Positions 28,649 to 40,370 of a DNA stretch of 64,000 bases are shown here, one piece after another. Under the pieces are notes generated by a model, which did not search any database, was not told the DNA's origin, and saw only the letters and a list, made by a program, of their open reading frames with translations. This DNA comes from Octopus sinensis (Eukaryota). The stretch spans positions 46,190,001-46,254,000 of the forward strand of contig NC_043012.1 in NCBI RefSeq assembly GCF_006345805.1. The letters are read 5' to 3'. A program made the position numbers and the translations under genes. Within the stretch, counting starts at the first letter, position 1, and every line of letters starts with the position of its first letter.

Positions 28649-29033
28649 AGCCAAGTCAGAACAGATATTTTCACGAGGCATTTCCGACACTGCCAAGGCA
28701 ATATCTGACCTAAAATTTTCAAATCGTCGCACTCGCGCCAAATTTATCGGCAGCAAATAAATATAAGCCGTCGATTCCATTACGGAATTAACCAGAAAAT
28801 TCATAATTAATCAATATAGGGTGGTGAAAAAAATTTTGTAGAATTCTTTTTGCCACCAGCGGCCTAGTGGGAAAAAATTAAATAGTCATAGACCATTTTT
28901 AAGTTCAACATCAACAATCAAGGAACGGCCATAATAGGCCATTCACCCACTAGAAATAACAGCCAAAGCTTCAACCGCAAATAAAGATCAATTCCGTAAA
29001 CAGGAGAAAATTTAAAAAAACATTTACCCTGTA

Positions 29034-29140
29034 ATTTCTTGTACGATGCACCGTTTCGTCTGCTGTTTAATGGTAAACTAACCTGATTAAATTAAATCAA
29101 GCCAATCTTCCATAGGCCCTCAGATTCTTCAGCAAGAAAT
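29034..29140 (-). ncRNA. Type I hammerhead ribozyme, copy 2
   Basis: Same fold with an 8-bp stem I (auuucuug/caagaaau). Confidence 0.65.
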
Positions 29141-29380
29141 AGCCAAGTCAGAACAGATATTTTCACGAGGCATTTCCGACACTGCCAAGGCAATATCTGA
29201 CCTAAAATTTTCAAATCGTCGCATTAAACAGCAGACGAAACGGTGCATCGTACAAGAAATTACAGGGTAAATGTTTTTTTAAATTTTCTCCTGTTTACGG
29301 AATTGATCTTTATTTGCGGTTGAAGCTTTGGCTGTTATTTCTAGTGGGTGAATGGCCTATTATGGCCGTTCCTTGATTGT

Positions 29381-29417
<37 letters not shown>

Positions 29418-29763
29418 TATATATATGTATATGTATATATATATATATGTATATGTGTATATACAAACTTCAACAAAATAACAGTGATGTAGACATGTTG
29501 TACAGACACATATCAGTATATAAACATACGTTCACATGTACATACACATGTACACACACACGGACACGTCTACACACCTAAATACTCACATGCATACATA
29601 AGTACATACGTACATACTTACATATATACATACCTACATGCGTATAGTCACGCACACTTGCATACGCATGTACACATATGCATACGCACATACATGTACA
29701 CATATACATATATATATATACATACGTTCATATATATACATCATGAACTAACTGCTACTTTCT

Positions 29764-29966
29764 CAGATGCAGCACTGAAGTTTATCACTGAACAGTTCGC
29801 GGTGTCAACTCGACGAAAATATTTTGGCAAATTAAGTTTAAATGTTGAAGTGAATCTAACGGTTTTTGTGTGTTTTAAATAGCTTATAAACACCTTCCAC
29901 GACTGCAATTGTTTTCGTTCCAATACATGATCTCAGATCAGGTCACTTGCTATGCAAGTACATCAA
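29764..29966. mobile_element. ~200-bp MITE-like repeat, copy A
   Basis: Homologous to 30143-30344 and 44277-44479. Confidence 0.75.
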
Positions 29967-30142
29967 CGTAATATATATATATATGGCTGTGTGGTAAGAA
30001 ATGGTTCGGGTTCATTTCACGGTTCATAGCATATTGGGTAAATGTCCTCTCCACTATATCCTTAGGTAAACGAAAGCCTTGTAGGTGGATTTGGTTGATG
30101 GGAACTGAAAGTAGCTCGTCCTGTATTATATATATATATAAA

Positions 30143-30344
30143 CAATGCAGCACGGATTTTTGTCAGTGAACAGGTCGCGGATTTTAGCGACGAAAATATA
30201 TTGACAAATTAAACTTAAATGTTGAAGTGAATCGAACGGCTTTTGTGTGTTTCTTAAATGGCTTACAAACACCTTCCACGCTGCAATTGTTTTCGTTTCA
30301 GCACACGATCTCAGATCAAGTCACTTGCTATGCGAGTACATCCC
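30143..30344. mobile_element. ~200-bp MITE-like repeat, copy B
   Basis: Homologous to copies A and C; flanked by (TA)n. Confidence 0.75.
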
Positions 30345-30467
30345 TATATATATATATATATAGTTAATCCAAACAAGAGAACACAAAAAAGAAAACACAA
30401 GAAAACACAAAAAACACAGCAACGCGAGGACGTGGAACAATAAAGTATTATAGGACGCTCAGGAAAG

Positions 30468-30507
<40 letters not shown>

Positions 30508-30590
30508 GTTGGTGCGTGAAATACTTGGCTGGATGTATAAAAAATAAAAAAAAGAGTGAAAAAACTACAGAAGACTTGTTATAAGGTTAA

Positions 30591-31051
30591 AGAATGTATT
30601 CAAGTCGTTATGTTAGAAAAATGTTATAAAATTTTGTGTATAGTAACAGTTTTTGGAGAAATAACCGGTTTCGTATAGTCTTTTCAAATTTCTCAAATTT
30701 CTTTACCTACATCGTGCCATGTCATCGCAGGAAGTGAAGAGTTCGAGACAGGGAAACATTCTTCATTGAAAAATATAAACCAAAACTGAACCATTCTAAC
30801 ATTTTTATACGAGGAAACTCATCTTATTGAAAAAAAAAGTAAAAAACATAAAGCGATCATCTCCCTTATACCGGAAGAAATCCTTGATTACCTACTCCTG
30901 CCTGGAACTCTTCACTTCATACGAAGACATGACGCGATATAGGTAAAGAAATTTGAGAAATTTGAAAAGACTATACGAAACCGTTATTTCTCCAAAAGCT
31001 ATGTTACTATACACAGAATTTTTTTCTAACATAACGGCTTAAATATATTCT
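30591..31051. mobile_element. Non-autonomous TIR element, Kolobok-like (TTAA|AG...CT|TTAA)
   Basis: ~170-bp imperfect inverted repeats; TTAA at 30587-30590 and 31052-31055; termini could instead be mariner-like. Confidence 0.65.
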
Positions 31052-32870
31052 TTAACCTTGTGTGTATCTTTGTATCGCTCTTCCACCCCCACTTCACAAC
31101 CAATGTTGGTCTGTTTAGGTCACCGTGACCCAGCGCTTCGGCAAAAGATGTTGGTACCAGTCTTAAAAATATAGGTTCCATTCATTCAACTAAAAGTTTT
31201 TCAAGGCAGTGCAACAGCATGACCGTAGTCAAGTGACCGAAACTGGTAAATATCTTTCTATCTATCTAGCTCCCTATCTCTCTTTCTCTGTCTCTCTCTC
31301 TGTCTTTCACTGTCTCTCTGTCACTCTCTCTTTCTTATATGTGTATACTAATTAACATACTTATATATATGTAATTAAACACATATATACACACATATAT
31401 ATATATAGAAAATGTATATTTGCATGCATATATATGTCTGTGTGTGTGTATGTATTTATGTATATATATATTTTTTGTGTTTATGCACGTTTATATATGT
31501 ATAAATACATGCACATATATTTATATGTTTACGTAGAGACACACTTGTACAGCAAGAAATACGAGTGTAATTTTGGATACACTGATACGTATGTATGCAT
31601 ATGAGTGTGCATGTGCATATACGTGTGTATGTGTTCCGTGTGTGACTGCAAATGTTTATATTGGTGTGAGTGCCTATTTGTGTCCACTCTTGCTTATAGT
31701 CATCAATCTCAAATATCTTTCGGCTGGATTAAAATTATCTTAAGAACGCCATTAACGCAATGCTGTTGAAGGGGAGGTGTTAAAATAAAGTATAAGCTAT
31801 CCTCAATATAAATCATGTCAGACTGCATAAAATAAACAAGAATACTAGATCACGCGCGTAGAACCTGATGCTATCTTAAGGACTAAGTCCTGATGGCGTA
31901 TCATAGAGTACAATGAAGTAATTGACGTGCAATGATATTTGACAGGTACATGTCACATGTCAGGTAGAATTATTAAAACATTAATCAAAGAGGGACAAGA
32001 TAATCTTTTCACGTAATTGAAAACTATATTTGATTAAACATAGATGCAGAAAACAAGAGAGACATAGTTTTAGGAGCACTATATGTGAGTACTTTTCATT
32101 CTTTCGATCAATCACTAATCTTCTTTGGAAATACCACACACTAGCACATGTACATGGACACACCGATAGACAAACGCAAAGCTATATTGTGCATGCATAT
32201 GCGAGAGTGAGTGTGTGGGTACCTCTAAAATAAGCATTTCTGGAATAATTACGTACAAATAATATGAATCACCCAGCGTAAATGATATAATGCATATATC
32301 CATATATCCATATAGCTATATGCTTTTTGCATATGTTACCGTACATTTAGCTCTAAGTACTTTCATAACCATACAAATACATACAATTCTGATGTAAGTA
32401 TTCATAGATTATTAATCATATATGTGGGATGTTACATGATTCGAAGCTTTGTACTTATATAAATTATATAGAATATATATATATCAGCTAGACAGGACCC
32501 TCTCTGCAATCTATATACGTAGAACTTAAACCAACATTGTTGTCAATCTCGCTAATTCTGTGCCGATGTTGTAAATAAAATAACGATCTACATGCAACAA
32601 AAAATGCATGTAGCAAAATCTATATTTGTAATGTAATGATTAAAATGAAACTCATACAGAACTGAAGAACACAGCTAATTAAATTTTAATTAGAATTTGC
32701 ACTCGCTGTCGCATACTTTACCTTACATTTTGCTAACATGCAGAACACGCATAGTTGATGATTTTCTCGTATCTAAGTTAGGATTTGAATTTCTTAGTTC
32801 TCTATGACAATTTATCATTTAGTATGTGTTATCAATACAAGTTTTGGTAGATTCTAAGGTATATCTACCA

Positions 32871-32995
<125 letters not shown>

Positions 32996-33480
32996 GTTTA
33001 AAAAAAAGATGGGTGAATGTAGCAAGGATGGCATGTATGAATGACGAAGCCACCTTGAGCATAATCCTATGAACCCAGAAATTGAAAACAGAGGGTTACC
33101 CACTTGCAAACAAATGTGGTAACATATAATAATATTGACCGAGGTTACCGTGGTCTTTTTCGTAGGCTTTTATTCCCACGGATAAACCTTATCTGCTTCC
33201 CCCTTTACACCGTACATCATGACACTGTGATACACGATCCCTATTGATCGTTTTTTTCCTCTTCCCTTTTTTCCTCTTTTTTCTTCTTTTTTCTTTTTTC
33301 TTTTCTTTTGCTTCTTTTCCTTTTTTTCTTTTTTCCCTTTTACGATCCCTTTTGATCGAAAACCTACGCCACTTTTTTTTCATCCCCCAAAAGAAAAGCT
33401 CTACCTTGTAATTTGTCCCATCTGTGTGCAGCCCTGTGTGGCCAATAAAGAAACTTATCTGTCTGTCTGTCCATCCATCC

Positions 33481-33573
<93 letters not shown>

Positions 33574-33850
33574 CCTATCTATCTATTTATCTATCTATCT
33601 ACCTATCTATCTATCTATCTATATCTCATTCTTTCTATCTATATGTATGTATGTGTGCATATATAAAAGAATGTATATATAAATACATACGCACACACAT
33701 ACACACATACGTGCCTACCTACCTTCCTTCCCCCTCCTTTACGCCCTACGTACGTGCGTACTTACGTACCTACCTACTTACATACATACATACCTACGTA
33801 CCTACACATATACAGTTTTTTTTATATAATCTTTTGTCTTGTTTCAGTTC

Positions 33851-34133
33851 TGTTAAGGCACGAGTACGACAACGTCTGACGATAATAGACTGGACCACTA
33901 CATACAAATTGTAGCGGTCTGACATAGTCGGCAGTTCGTAGTTTTGTCTTCGAAGTGCAGGTACAGTTTACAGTTCGAGGTAGTGCGTTGGAAAAATTGA
34001 TTTTTGTTTCGTTACATGGTTGCTACTGCCGCTGTTTGTATTTTGTATTGTTATAACACTACTAGAGTGCATTATTCATCTATCGTCAACAATATCAACC
34101 GTACTATGATATTGGAGGTATAAGGACATAACA
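33851..34133 (+). mobile_element. 5' LTR of a Gypsy element
   Basis: TG...CA ends, homologous to ~37822-38030, followed by a PBS. Confidence 0.85.
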
Positions 34134-34135
34134 TC

Positions 34136-34147
34136 TGGCGACGAGGA
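34136..34147 (+). other. Primer-binding site TGGCGACGAGGA (complementary to the 3' end of tRNA-Ser GCU)
   Basis: 2 nt downstream of the LTR; tRNA identity from the known 3' end ..CUCGUCGCCA. Confidence 0.75.
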
Positions 34148-34206
34148 CTTTTCGAAGCTCACGTAGGCTATTTGACAATTTGTGCATCATATAAGTTGTC
34201 AAATTA

Positions 34207-35060
34207 TGGAGAAGCTATTAGCTGCAGTAATGCAGCTTCAAGATAAGCAACGGGAAGAAGTACAGGAGTTGCAGAAGTAAATATTACAACAATTAAATGA
34301 ATGACAGTCAAGGAAGTTCTAAAATTTGGTAATTTCCTTTACGTCAGACGGTGTGGCAAACTCGATTTCTGAATTCACTTATAATCCGGAGGAGGGTTCT
34401 ACGTTTCCTACGTGTTAAAGAAGGCGTGAGGAAAATTTTAACAAAGATTGCAAGTCATGGTCGGATGAGGGGACAGTGAAGATATTACTATGCACGGTAG
34501 CTCCGACCGAGCATAAACGCTACTGTAACTTTATAATGTCCCAAAAGTCGAGTGAGATTTGTTTCCAAGAAACTATTGAATTATTCTCTAAGATCTTTTG
34601 TGACAAAAATTCCCTTATGTAACACTCAAATAGAATGTTGGAACTTAACAAAAAGTTACGATAATGACTTTACTACATACACCGAATTAGTCAACCAAAT
34701 GTGTGAAAAGTTTGAACTTCAGCAACTCACTCAGGATAGGTTTAAATATTTTCTCTTCGTACAAAGCCTTACGTCTATCGAAGGTAGAGTAATTCGGGCA
34801 AGGATTCTCTCAAAAATGGAGCAAGCGAACCAAGGCTTAACTGTAAAGACCATTCCAGGGGAATGTAAACTGGTAAAACTGAAACATGACGGGAAAAAAA
34901 TCTAGAGCAAGATTTCGCAAAAATACAGATATGTCGACCCGGAAAGTACAAGCAAAAACGAGTGCCAGACCCTAATCCATGTTACGAATGTGGAGGCCTA
35001 CACCTCAGAAAAGAATGTCCGTTTAAAAACCGAAATTGCTATAGTTGTCAGAAACTTGGT
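34207..35060 (+). pseudogene. gag: Gypsy gag with two zinc knuckles (Mag-clade pattern)
   Basis: MEKLLAAVMQLQ..; CYECGGLHLRKECPFKNRNCYSCQKLGPKSSHC; multiple stops. Confidence 0.8.
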
Positions 35061-35920
35061 CCCAAGAGCTCACACTGCAGGGTAAGTTTACGAGGGTCGA
35101 ACGCAAATGTGACTACGACAAGAAAAAAAGAAAAAAAGAAAATTCGTACTCGTAAAAATAAATGGTGTAAATATCAAACTACAATCATAAATGCGGATTA
35201 CGTAAATCAGCCAAAATTGCGCGTGGCGTGACCGGCGATAAATTACATTTCATGGGCGAAATGTGTACAGATGTCACATTTCGAGGAGAAAAATGCGAAG
35301 CAAAAGTATTCATTCCTTATGGAGAATACACTCAATCTGTGTGGTACAGGCTGGTTGCAGTTATTTGACTTATAGCACTTCCTCATAAGTCTCTAGTGCA
35401 AAAGTATAAATGGTTATCTCGTTAAGAATACATCGTCTGAGGAATTGAAGAGAAAACTGCGAAAGATGTTTCTTCAAATATTATCGGAGGACTTAAGTCT
35501 ATGTAAACAGACTGAAGCCTGTTTTCAAGTGGGTAAAAACGCCGTGTCCGTATTTATATCTAACAAAAAATACTGTTTGCAACAACTGAAATCGTAAATG
35601 AAGAGTTGGACAGACTGGAAAAGAGTGGTATCATTAAGTAGTGGATTATTCTATGTGGGCGGCACACACGATGTGCATTAAGAAGGAAAATAATAAGATT
35701 AGGCTGTGTGCCGATGTCTCTACAGGATTGAACGACTGCTTAAAGACATGTCACCATCCACTCCCGACTCCAGAGGACATTTTCGCAAAATTAAATGGTG
35801 GAGAGAATTTCCTCTTAAGTGGATCTGTCTCATGCTTATTTACAGATTAAAGCAAATGACAAATTCTCAAAGTATCTGACAATAAATACATATAGAGGAT
35901 TGTACAGATATATCCGGTTG

Positions 35921-36162
35921 TACAGTTCTATATTTAAGTGATGAGGAATTATGTACATTATTTACATTATTTACATTTGACGGATATTTGTCATCATATT
36001 GTTTGTTGTTAACAAAACGTTTCGGCTGATATATCCTCCAGCTTCATGAGGTGCCTTGGGGAAATTTTGAACTTGGGTTCTCGATGTTGTTGTTGTTGTT
36101 ATTATTATTATTATTCAGGTCGCTGCCTAGAATCGAAATCTTAACCACTACACCATATGCCC
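35921..36162 (-). mobile_element. tRNA-headed, hammerhead-tailed short element, left (internally deleted) copy
   Basis: Reverse complement of the right copy; head has a deletion, short (AAT/AAC)n; core CUCAUGA..GAAACGUU. Confidence 0.8.
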
Positions 36163-36164
36163 AT

Positions 36165-36275
36165 GGGCATATGGTGTAGTGGTTAAGAGCGCGGGCTACT
36201 AACCCCAAGATTCAGAGTCGGTTCCAAGCAGCGACCAGAATAGTAATGATAATAATAATAATAATAATAATAATA

Positions 36276-36331
<56 letters not shown>

Positions 36332-36335
36332 TTGA

Positions 36336-36422
<87 letters not shown>

Positions 36423-36594
36423 TAATAACAATGAGAACCAAGGTTCGAAATTTCCCCAAGACACCTGAAGAAGGCTGGAGGGTATATCAGCCGAAACTTT
36501 GTGTTAACAACAAACAAGATGAGGACAAATATCATCAAATGTAAATAATGTAAATAATGTACATAATTCCTCATCTCTTAAATATAGAACAGTA
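36165..36594 (+). mobile_element. tRNA-headed, hammerhead-tailed short element, right copy
   Basis: gggcatatggtgtagtggttaag (A box)..B-box-like, (AAT)n 36240-36430, then gacac-CUGAAGA-a-ggcug/cagcc-GAAACUUU-guguu. Confidence 0.8.
36460..36505 (+). ncRNA. Minimal type I hammerhead ribozyme (one apparent lesion in stem III)
   Basis: CUGAAGA 36465-36471; 5-bp stem II GGCUG/CAGCC; GAAA 36493-36496; stem I GACAC/GUGUU. Confidence 0.65.
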
Positions 36595-37821
36595 TTATGA
36601 TTAATGTTATCCAAGAACACCCAGTGATTGCACCGAATGAAACCTGTAGGTGATGAGTATATTACAAAAATGAAAGAAGCTTTAAAACATAATCAGAAAT
36701 AGAAGTACAAACTCGAGTAATTTCTCAATATGCGACAATATTCTGATGTATGCGCAAAAGAGTTGTAGTACCGAGTATATTACAAAAACGTATATTGCAG
36801 TAATTCCACAGCGAGCACCCGAGGATGTCGAGGAGGAAATCTCAGATGACGAGCAACGTCTATTGGCTGACTATGAAACGGGATAACGAAAATTTGGTGA
36901 GAAGTTGTCGAGTTTGGGCGCTCTCGACGAAAGCCCCGCCGGTGAAATATCAATCGTAGCTGGACACTGAGAACGCATGGTCTAGGTCACATACCAACTA
37001 TGCCGGACTGGTGAATAGTGCTTACTATCTAACTGTGGTAGATAGCTGTACAAAGTGTCCAGAGGTATGCACGTAAATTAAACCAACTGTTAAGACAACT
37101 ATAGAATTCATCTATAAATTGTTTGCGCGGTACGGTGTTCCAGACACGTTAATGTCTGATAAAGGAACACACCTCTGGCTATGAATTCAAGAACCTCTGT
37201 AAAATGCATGTGATAAAGCATATTTTCCCTCCACCCCACTACCCGAGATCAAATAGGCAGATAGACTGATTCGTGGACACTTTCAAAAGAGCACTAAGTA
37301 AAGCTAGGAACGAATTGAGTAATGACGAAGCATTAACAGATTTCATAAGTGTATATAGAATAAGCCCTAGTCCAAGTACAAAGTCAGGATAGTCACCCGT
37401 AGAGATGATGTTTGCGAGAAGAATAAAATCGATTTTTGATAAGTTACTGCCAGAGAAAAAAAAAAGATGTAAAAAAATACGAAAGATGCAACGAAATATT
37501 TCGAAGTAGGAAATAAAGTACATTTAAAAACCTACAGAAATGCTAAAGAAGACTGGGCGGATGACCTTGTAGCCCAAAAAGATGAAGTATGATATATCAA
37601 ATTAAAGGACTACGTTGGGGACATAGGAGACACATAATTCAGCTAAAGAAGTGACATACCGAAGAAGGGAGAGAAATTGTTATGGAAGTATTTTTTTGAT
37701 GTATTCAACATACCAGAACTGAAAGTAATGGAGACCGAGATAAGGCCCGAGCGAAAAAGATACTACAAACAAATAATGATAAATAAAATTTCTTTATTAC
37801 TTCTGAACTCAAAACGTAAGA

Positions 37822-38030
37822 TGTGGTGAGAGTACGATACCCTCTGGCGAGAATAGACGAGAACACTACATATAAATAGTAGTGGTCCGACGTAGTTTGA
37901 TCTTCGAAGTCCAGGTACAGTTTAGAGTTCGAGGTAGTGCGGTAGAAATATTGATTGTTGGTTCGTTATGTGTTTATTTCTGGCACTGTTTCTATTTTGA
38001 ATTGTTAAAACAGTTACAATGTATTATTTG
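37822..38030 (+). mobile_element. 3' LTR of the Gypsy element (diverged, 3'-truncated)
   Basis: Shares tcttcgaagt.caggtacagttta.agttcgaggtagtgcg etc. with the 5' LTR; many substitutions. Confidence 0.75.
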
Positions 38031-38115
38031 ATGGTGTTTGTGGAAGATCAGCAGTCGCCCATGCATACCAGCCTCCCCTCTCCACGTCACCGATGTTATC
38101 AAAGGGAAAGGCAAA
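38030..38115 (-). mobile_element. Fragment of an interspersed repeat (probably SINE body) truncating the 3' LTR
   Basis: Abrupt switch to GC-richer cagcagtcgcccatgcataccagcctcccctctccacg..; family assignment from memory. Confidence 0.4.
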
Positions 38116-38119
38116 ACCC

Positions 38120-38750
38120 TTGTTTCGGCTAAATAAAGTGGCTGAAAAATACTGGGGAAAAGTTCGCCCGAGCTTTAAAATATTACGCCAAAACAACTTC
38201 GGAAACAAATACTGTTCTCTGCGGCTAACTTTCATGATGCTTTTTTGATCTTCTCAAAACATTGTTAACCGCACAAAACCTACTGAAAAGGAAAATCGAA
38301 AATAATTTAAATATGCCGTTTTTACGGTTACTATGTTCTCGTATACCTCCAAATGTAACTCGTCCCACAGAGTTGATATGCAGTAAATTCAACTTGAAAA
38401 AAAAATAACTGTTAGAGTTTTGAACTTCGCAACTGAAGTTGGGCGATGAGCAATTCTGAAAAAAGATTAAGGCAAATGCCAAAGTATCAATTATGTTGCT
38501 ACATGATCCATGAAATCGGGTAATACTAATCACAAAATAGTTAATGCGCTTGTCACACTCAAAGAACACATTGAAAATGTCTTTCTCATAAGTAACAATA
38601 AAATATCTAAATGGAAGCAACCCAGATGGAAAACAGTGCTTGAAGAAGACATCACCAATCTCCGCGGTTATATTGCATGGTTAATCTCAGTAATAGAATA
38701 TAAAGATGTAATAAGTTCATACCTCACTAGTTAGATTTTACGCAAACAAA
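38120..38750 (+). pseudogene. Possible N-terminal fragment of an RLE-type LINE ORF
   Basis: KWKQPRWKTVLEEDITNLRGYIAWL resembles the pre-RT segment of R4/Dong-like ORFs. Confidence 0.3.
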
Positions 38751-39419
38751 AAAAATAGCCATGACTCTTCAAGTTGAACTCTAGTACGAAATTTAATTAC
38801 TCTAAATTAGTCAGTGAAAGATTTCATTATTGTAGGAAAATACTTGAGCAGGTCACAAAAATCAAATTTTTCCTTGCAATACCCAGGCATTATACAAGGA
38901 GATGAGGAAATAATATACTACCTTTAAGAAAGCCACTGTCAAAACCTTAAGTGATTCTGGTCATAAATCTGGTATGAGATGAACGATTTCATACATACTA
39001 TCTTGTGGCTAAATACAAGTAGAAGATAATACTGTACTCAAACATCGACCGTAAAACATACACATGGACGAGACTTAAAAGTTCGATACTAGTACAAGAT
39101 GCAGACTTTTGCTGAAGGCTATTAATATGCACATTCAAACAGAATATTGATGCCTTGATTGACATACCAATATTTTTAACCATAACACAGACAAAGCTTA
39201 CAGTCAGATATGAAATCACCAAATATACAGAAAATTATAGGCCCATTGGTTGCTTAATCATTACGTAATGGCTGTACACAAGCATGTCCAACCAATTCTT
39301 CCAGCGTCATTGAGAGCACAGGCATGTAGAAGGAATAGAGCGTGTTGATGTGCCAAAAAGTCTTTGATGAACAAAGCTGTACTGTCCTAACTACAATATA
39401 TATATAAAAACAATATATA

Positions 39420-39494
<75 letters not shown>

Positions 39495-39619
39495 TTCAGA
39501 TGAATATGGTACTTAAATTGAGGCACCAAAATTTAGTATTAATCAATAATCTCTATTTCTCCTATTACAAAGAAAGAATGCTATAAATTGCTAGGTATTG
39601 ATGAAACATATCATACGAA

Positions 39620-40370
39620 GGTACTGTGAATAAGAATTGACCAGAGAATATTATAGCAGACTTAGTAACTTATGGTAGTCGGAGCTCTCCTCCTACAACA
39701 GCACTCCATAGACATTTAAATCTCCAGCACGTGTTGGAAGTTTCTATTGGAGAAGAAGAAATGAAAGAGGTAAACCCTTGAGATTACTATAGAGAGCCTT
39801 CGAACTTCCTGTAGTCGCTCTCATACAACACCAGCTAAACAATGGTAGTAATGTAAATAGACTTAGTGCTGAAAAAGCAAACAGAGCATCATCTTCAGGG
39901 AGTATTTCCTTTCTGATGATCACCTGTACAATCCCAAAACAGTGCAATATAAGTCAAGAAAGACTAAGTTGTGAAACGCTAAGCACACCAACACCTAGAA
40001 ATAGACTATTTATGGCTACGTTTTCCGAAATCTTTAAGAATGCAGTAAAGTTGATGCAAGACCGCTCCATGACATCACACTTAGAAGATTAAGCGTTTAT
40101 AATTCAAGAGAAGGAGATTGTGAATACATAGCATATAAACAATTAAGTTAATGAAGCCCTTCAAGTTTCAAAAATCAACCGGAAATATCGATTATGTTAT
40201 ATATTTGAAGAAGAATTTAAACGCGATAAACAGCTGACCGAAATATGAAATTACTGTCTGCCAAAGCAACACAATGTGGTCACTGAAAACAATATAGAAT
40301 GCCACCCGAAGAAAAGTCTCTCTTGGGATAAATATGTAGAAGCGCTTGCATTGAAAGCACTAGGAATGTT
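39620..40370 (+). pseudogene. Highly decayed CR1/L2-like LINE fragment
   Basis: ..SAEKANRAS.. and SLSWDKYVEALALKALGML match CR1/L2 ORF2 segments. Confidence 0.35.

Larger units (their letters stand above)
28316..29384 (-). mobile_element. Young tandem (~490-nt unit) plus 5'-inverted non-autonomous element carrying hammerhead ribozymes (retrozyme/mini-PLE-like)
   Basis: 28316-28805 and 28806-29223 are nearly identical; 29224-29384 is the reverse complement of ~28910-29070; (TA)n on both flanks. Confidence 0.8.
29985..31248 (+). mobile_element. Old main-family SINE (head 29985-30122, tail ~31060-31248) expanded by nested insertions
   Basis: Degenerate head ggctgtgtggtaag..gatttgg..actgaaagtagctcgtc; tail ..cagcatgaccgtagtcaagtgaccgaaac. 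Confidence 0.65.
35190..37800 (+). pseudogene. pol: Gypsy pol: partial protease, N-half of RT, integrase; interrupted and partly deleted
   Basis: GVTGDKLHFMG (protease); WAAH..KKENNKIRLCADVSTGLN..PLPTPEDIFAKL..DLSHAYLQI..INTYRGLYRY (RT); HPRMSR..VYW, VVDSCTKCPEV, FARYGVPDTLMSDKGT, YPRSN..E/D.FVDTFKRAL (integrase). Confidence 0.9.

Noticed and set aside
36165-36240. Functional tRNA gene
   Set aside because: Acceptor and T stems do not pair properly and the sequence runs into (AAT)n; it is a SINE-type head
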